The translations under genes and the position numbers were made by a program. A stretch of 37,484 nt of DNA from Actinomycetota bacterium (GTDB taxonomy: Bacteria > Actinomycetota > Aquicultoria > Aquicultorales > Aquicultoraceae): positions 1,285 to 38,768 of the forward strand of contig JASEIR010000002.1 in NCBI GenBank assembly GCA_030017355.1, read 5' to 3'. Shown piece by piece: positions 33,775 through 37,484 of the stretch; within the stretch, counting starts at the first letter, position 1, and every line of letters begins with the position of its first letter. The notes beneath the pieces are model-generated. The model saw only the letters and a program-made list of their open reading frames with translations. It ran no database searches and was not told where the DNA came from.

Positions 33775-35913
33775 CTAGAAGCCTTTATAGGGATTGGGAC
33801 CAATCTCCTGCAGTTTTTCCATAAACTCACCAATTATGCTCGGTATCTTATCGTATTCATCTATTGAAAGTTGCAAAAGCTGAACCCTGTCTGATTCCAG
33901 AACAAGCCTGTTCAGAGTCTCCTGTACCTTGCCCATCCTATAATTTGCTAGCTCGCTACCTTTTGCAAAGTGGCATTGGTAATCGTCACCATATTTGCAG
34001 CCAATCATTAAGATGCCATCAACGCCCTTTGATAGGGCATCAGCAATCCATACAGTGTTACAGGAGCCCAGGCATCTTACCGGAATCATCCTTACGTTCG
34101 GATCATATTGAATCCTGTTAATTCCAGCCATATCAAAGGCCGGGTAAGCATCATTTTCACATACAAAGGCCACTACCATTGGCTTGCCTTCTTCCTCGCC
34201 TGGCACATCTATAATTTTTACAGCTGAAGATAGGATGTCTACGCTGTAATTTTTAAACGATATAAGCCTTTCCGGGCAAGCGCCCATGCAAATTCCGCAT
34301 CTTCTGCAGCGGTTTGGATTGGGCTGCGGAGTACCTTTTTCATCCTCATCAAGCGTTCCAAATGGACACTCTTCAGTACACCTCTTACACTGCGTACACC
34401 TCTGCAGGAAGAATTCTGGATATGTCATATCTCCAGCTCTTGGGTGTACCGCCATGCCTCTTGATACAGCTTCTACAACCTGTATAGCCTTCAAAGCAGC
34501 ACCTGTTGCATCATCTATGCTCTCAGCTATGGTTTGAGGCATCTTTACGCACCCGGCTGAATATATACCAGTTCTTCTGGTTTCATAGGGGAAGCATATG
34601 AAGTTTGAATCAGCAAATCCATTAAACAAATCCAGATCAGGTAAACCTGGACCTTGTCTATATTTAAGGTTAAGGATTGCTTCTTCAGCAGTGGTTGGAA
34701 CCATACCGGTCGCCAAAACTACCATATCTGCTTTTATCTTAATTGGGCCACCAAGAAGCGTATCCTCAACTTCTAGAATAAGGTTGTTTGCCTCATCCTC
34801 GGTTATGCTTGTTATATTACCTTTTGTTAGGAAGATACCTGGGTCATCTTGTGCGCTCTTATAGAAAAGCTCATACTGACCAGGTGTTCTCATATCTTTA
34901 TAGATTATATATACTAACGCATTTGGATCGCTCTCACGCACATACGTTGCCTGCTTTAGCGATGTAGCACAGCAGACCGAGGAGCAATATGGTAGATGAT
35001 CGGCATCTCTTTGACCTGCGCATTGTATAAACACAACATTTTTTGCTGCTTTTCCATCTGATGGCCGATTAATTCCGCCGTTCTTAGCCATCTCTTCCAT
35101 CGCTACATTGGTCACCACATTTGGATATACACCGTAGCCGTAGCTCTCAAGTTTTGAAGCATCATACGGTTTCCAGCCTGTTGCTAGAACAACTGATCCA
35201 ACTCTTGTCTCAACAGTACCGCCATTTGCATTTATAGTGACATCAAACATGCCTGGCTGGCCTGCTATCTGCTCAACAGTGGCAGAAGTATATACCTTTA
35301 TATTTGGATTGCTGTTAATTTCAGCAACTTTTGCATCGACGCCTGGATCTTCAAGCTTTGCATATGGATACTGTGTGGGAAGTCTCTTTTTCATCTTTCC
35401 CATCCAGCCACCAAGCTGAGCTTCTTTCTCCACAATAACTGCTTCGTAACCTGCTCTAGCAACTTCCAAAGCAGCTGTCATACCGGAAACTCCGCCACCG
35501 ATGACAAGAACGCTTCTTGTAACCTCCTCGATATGAGGCTCTGGAAGCTCTATTTTCTTTGCCTTTGCAGTCCCCATTTTGATGTAGTCAGAAGCTATTC
35601 TTTGCGTATCTTCGTCATTTGGGGTGTGAGACCAGGCTACATGCTCTCTTAAGTTAACTCTCTCGACAACTGTATTTGGGAAGTCAAACTCTTCATAGTT
35701 TACTCGCGGGGAGCATGCAGCTATAACTACTGTATTTACTCCCTCTCCATCAATATCGCCTTTTATAAGCTGCAGCCCTTGTTCTCCACATAAAAACTCA
35801 TGCGTTTTAACTGTAGCACCTAGGCTCGGGCCCATATTGGAAAGCTTCTCAACATCAAGAGCTTCTCCTATTCCACAGCCTGTGCAGATATATACACCAA
35901 CTTTTCTCTCCAC
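33775..35913 (-). CDS. qmoB: QmoB, HdrA-like flavoprotein with ferredoxin and MvhD-like domains
   Basis: 712 aa with a GTG start 7 nt after SD GAGGAGG. It has an FAD fold (VIGGGVSGMTAALE), HdrA-type CCATSLKQA, 2x[4Fe-4S] motifs CTQCKRCTEECP and CRRCGICMGACP, and a C-terminal MvhD-like Cys pattern. Confidence 0.9.
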   Translation of the reverse strand: MERKVGVYICTGCGIGEALDVEKLSNMGPSLGATVKTHEFLCGEQGLQLIKGDIDGEGVNTVVIAACSPRVNYEEFDFPNTVVERVNLREHVAWSHTPNDEDTQRIASDYIKMGTAKAKKIELPEPHIEEVTRSVLVIGGGVSGMTAALEVARAGYEAVIVEKEAQLGGWMGKMKKRLPTQYPYAKLEDPGVDAKVAEINSNPNIKVYTSATVEQIAGQPGMFDVTINANGGTVETRVGSVVLATGWKPYDASKLESYGYGVYPNVVTNVAMEEMAKNGGINRPSDGKAAKNVVFIQCAGQRDADHLPYCSSVCCATSLKQATYVRESDPNALVYIIYKDMRTPGQYELFYKSAQDDPGIFLTKGNITSITEDEANNLILEVEDTLLGGPIKIKADMVVLATGMVPTTAEEAILNLKYRQGPGLPDLDLFNGFADSNFICFPYETRRTGIYSAGCVKMPQTIAESIDDATGAALKAIQVVEAVSRGMAVHPRAGDMTYPEFFLQRCTQCKRCTEECPFGTLDEDEKGTPQPNPNRCRRCGICMGACPERLISFKNYSVDILSSAVKIIDVPGEEEGKPMVVAFVCENDAYPAFDMAGINRIQYDPNVRMIPVRCLGSCNTVWIADALSKGVDGILMIGCKYGDDYQCHFAKGSELANYRMGKVQETLNRLVLESDRVQLLQLSIDEYDKIPSIIGEFMEKLQEIGPNPYKGF

Positions 35914-35917
35914 AGCG

Positions 35918-37183
35918 CTACCTCCTCACCATAGTTTGAATCGCCTTTAGTGCTGATCCGGTAGCGTCTTTAACACTAGTCGTAACATCCACCGGCCTCT
36001 TGGCACAACCGGCAGCATAAATTCCTGGTTTGCTCGGATCTTCTAAAATCAACCCGTTTTCTTCATACTTAACATCAGCGGCTAACTTGCTCTCAGCAGT
36101 TGAAGGCTGCATTCCAGTTGCTAGCACAACCAAATCAACCTGCTGTTTAATCTTAGTGCCTGTCATGATGTCTTCTGCCTCAACCACTGGATTACCTGTC
36201 GCCGGGTCTGCCTCAATATTTGCAACCTTGCCCTTTATAAAGGTTACTTTATCATCGCTCTCTACTTTATTAAGGAATTTTTCATACCTGCCAGGGGCAC
36301 GAAGGTCGATGTAATATATATAAATCTTTGCCTCGGGATATTGCTCCCTTACATACATGGCCTGTTTTAACGATGCCATACAGCATATATATGAGCAATA
36401 AGATAGGTGGTTTTCATCTCTTGAACCAGCGCACTGCACAAATGCTACTGATTGCGGTTCATTGCCATCCGATGGTCTTACTATCTTACCTCCAGTTGGA
36501 CCGTTCTTGGCAGCATATCTTTCCATCATCATATTTGTGATAACATTATCAACTCTGCCAAATCCAAGGTTATCCAGCTTTTTGGCGTCATACGGTTCCC
36601 ATCCTGTGGCAAAAACAATGGAGCCTACATTTAATTCAACTGTCTGCGGCTCCATATCCAACTCTATTGCGTTGTACTTGCATGCCTCAACACATTTGTT
36701 GCAACCTGCCCCTTTGCAAGCCTTTCTGTCGATTACATAACGCATTGGAAACGCCATTTGATGGGGCAGGTAGATTGCCTTCGTCGTGTCCAATCCAAAA
36801 TTGTGCTCGTTAGGCCTCTCAACCGGGCATGCCTCCACGCAATCACCACATGCTGTGCAATTTTCGTTGACAAGACGGGGATTTACTTTAATTGTTACGT
36901 TAAAATTCCCGGGCTGGCCCGAAACACTTGCTACCTCCGCCTGTGTAAAAAATTTAATTTTGCGGTTCTTCTTTACACGTTGGTAATTAATCTCAAGACC
37001 GCATGATGGTGGACATAGCTTCGGGAAATACTGGTTTAATTGGGCAACTCTGCCACCCATAGAAGGGTTCTTTTCAACTAGGTAGACGTTGTAGCCAACT
37101 TCTGCGGCTTCAACTGCCGTCGTTAAACCACTTATTCCCCCTCCTACGACCAAAACACTTCCTAAACTCTTCTCTTCTGCCAT
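35918..37183 (-). CDS. qmoA: QmoA, HdrA-like flavoprotein
   Basis: An FAD fold (VVGGGISGLTTAVE), CTACGDCVEACP and CNKCVEACK ferredoxin motifs, and CCMASLKQA. The ATG at 37183 (MAEEKSLGS...) follows SD GGGAGG by 7 nt. The track start at 37255 adds 24 residues with no SD. Confidence 0.9.
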   Translation of the reverse strand: MAEEKSLGSVLVVGGGISGLTTAVEAAEVGYNVYLVEKNPSMGGRVAQLNQYFPKLCPPSCGLEINYQRVKKNRKIKFFTQAEVASVSGQPGNFNVTIKVNPRLVNENCTACGDCVEACPVERPNEHNFGLDTTKAIYLPHQMAFPMRYVIDRKACKGAGCNKCVEACKYNAIELDMEPQTVELNVGSIVFATGWEPYDAKKLDNLGFGRVDNVITNMMMERYAAKNGPTGGKIVRPSDGNEPQSVAFVQCAGSRDENHLSYCSYICCMASLKQAMYVREQYPEAKIYIYYIDLRAPGRYEKFLNKVESDDKVTFIKGKVANIEADPATGNPVVEAEDIMTGTKIKQQVDLVVLATGMQPSTAESKLAADVKYEENGLILEDPSKPGIYAAGCAKRPVDVTTSVKDATGSALKAIQTMVRR

Positions 37184-37337
37184 CCTATTCCTCCCGGTTG
37201 TGACTATTTTTAAGGCATGCATCACAACGACCAGTAATGTTTTTTTGCCTGCCATTTATATCATCTTGGCTTTTTATTTAGGCACAGCCTTGCGCAATGC
37301 TATGCTCTATTTCAGAGCTAAAACACAAGCCAAGCAA

Positions 37338-37366
37338 ATTATACCTAATCTTTAGATCGATGTAAA
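37338..37366 (-). promoter_or_regulatory. Near-consensus sigma70-type promoter for qmoABC (TTTACA-N17-TATAAT)
   Basis: On the minus strand, TATAAT is at 37338-37343 and TTTACA at 37361-37366 with an exactly 17-nt spacer. It lies about 150 nt upstream of the qmoA ATG. Confidence 0.45.
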
Positions 37367-37484
37367 ATATTGTTTGTAGGATACAGACTTTAAGCAATTA
37401 AAAATTTAGGGATTTTGCATTTTATCCTCTGTCATCCCGAAGGGCCGTAAGGCCCTGAGGGATCTAAATCGTATTTTCTAAATT

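Noticed and set aside
37434-37463. Calling the GC-rich two-tier hairpin a rho-independent terminator
   Set aside because: There is no U-tract on either strand and the upstream gene is outside the window. Strand and function cannot be assigned, so it is reported only as an observation.
1-37484. tRNA, rRNA, known riboswitch classes, selenocysteine recoding in HdrA-like Qmo proteins
   Set aside because: Reading the intergenic regions by eye, I recognised no cloverleaf-like or rRNA-like sequence and no known riboswitch core. QmoA and QmoB are uninterrupted ORFs with Cys at the relevant positions.

Overview
This AT-rich bacterial chromosome segment has strong GGAGG-type ribosome-binding sites and is essentially a dissimilatory sulfate/sulfite-reduction locus.

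- **Left third, minus strand:** one co-directional dsr supercluster, dsrN-dsrC-dsrMKJOP-dsrAB-dsrD. It is followed by a GltD/DsrL-like gene that is cut off by the window start and is missing from the ORF track.
- **Right end:** sat (+) and qmoABC (-). aprBA is not in the window.
- **Between them (about 13.4-28.3 kb):** an island of duplicated membrane-transport and regulatory modules.
  - Two copies of a cassette: 81-aa two-TM protein, about 390-aa TSUP (TauE/SafE, DUF81) permease, tandem-USP protein.
  - Two tandem copies of a 320-aa TSUP permease plus a DUF1634-like membrane protein.
  - A CBS-pair protein plus an ArsB/NhaD-type permease.
  - Two paralogous NarL-type two-component systems whose kinases have a conserved polytopic membrane sensor.
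- **Next to dsrN:** a frameshifted MFS gene and a ferredoxin-less RACo-like ASKHA ATPase.

The most interesting non-coding signals are these:
- A 38-nt block is 100% identical in the two otherwise diverged TSUP-390 genes.
- A third copy of that block (35/37) sits in the loop of a perfect 15-bp inverted repeat between the TSUP-320 operons. Its orientation would make a plus-strand transcript antisense to both TSUP-390 mRNAs, so it is a candidate sRNA (hypothesis only).
- A 9-12-nt motif, AGTATGTAC(ACT), recurs in several intergenic regions.

I recognised no rRNA, tRNA, CRISPR array, transposase, integrase or phage gene. All family calls come from motif recognition by eye, not from database searches.
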